Assembly: GCF_963921235.1 (NCBI RefSeq)
Contig: NC_086109.1
Coordinates: 18,912,001-18,976,000 of the forward strand
Direction of reading: 5' to 3'
From: Mobula hypostoma
Lineage: Eukaryota
DNA length: 64,000 bases
Each line of letters begins with the position of its first letter. Position 1 is the stretch's first letter. Of the stretch, positions 63,726-64,000 are shown piece by piece. A model generated the notes under the pieces. That model saw only the letters and a program-made list of their open reading frames with translations. It did no database searches and had not been told where the DNA came from. The position numbers and the translations under genes are program-made.

Positions 63726-64000
63726 CCTCAGTACATTGAGGTAGTTCAAGGTAAGGACAATAACCGAATGCAGAATAAAGTGTTACAGAGAAAGTGCAAT
63801 ATAGGTGAACAATACTGTGCAAGGTAATAATGAGGTGCATTGTGGTTGGAATGCAGTAGGTTTGAAAATCAGCCATTGCACAGGGGAGATCTCCGCTGCC
63901 CTTCAAAATTCACTTAAAAGAATAGACAGAAAACACAGTAACATAACTCCCTGAGCACTGAGGTGATGTGCCAGCTGGACTTGTGTGCAGAACAGTCCAG

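Overview
Eukaryotic (vertebrate) non-genic DNA. The repeat repertoire is HER1-like CR1 LINEs, Penelope elements with a CAGATGCTGGAAAT...CAGCAGGTCAGGCAGCATC tail, Rex1/Babar, Nimb, RTE, Tx1/L1, HERO, Gypsy, Tc1 and Tigger. This suggests a cartilaginous fish, probably a ray (inference, not verified). I found no recognisable host protein-coding exon, tRNA, rRNA or CRISPR array. Nearly all ORFs in the track are pieces or antisense shadows of decayed, heavily nested transposable elements. The larger elements are a young near-full-length CR1 (22.5-26.8 kb, ORF1 with SGNH esterase), a Passport-like Tc1 (27.9-29.5 kb) and a decayed Nimb LINE with RNase H (51.3-56.4 kb). The most interesting signal is a set of short Penelope terminal-repeat insertions carrying minimal hammerhead-ribozyme motifs. 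These include two ~230-bp fold-back insertions with target-site duplications (TSDs) and a 99-bp ribozyme-plus-tail insertion, and their junctions repeatedly fall at the 5' edge of the hammerhead. Family assignments come from motif recognition by eye, and boundaries without a TSD are approximate.
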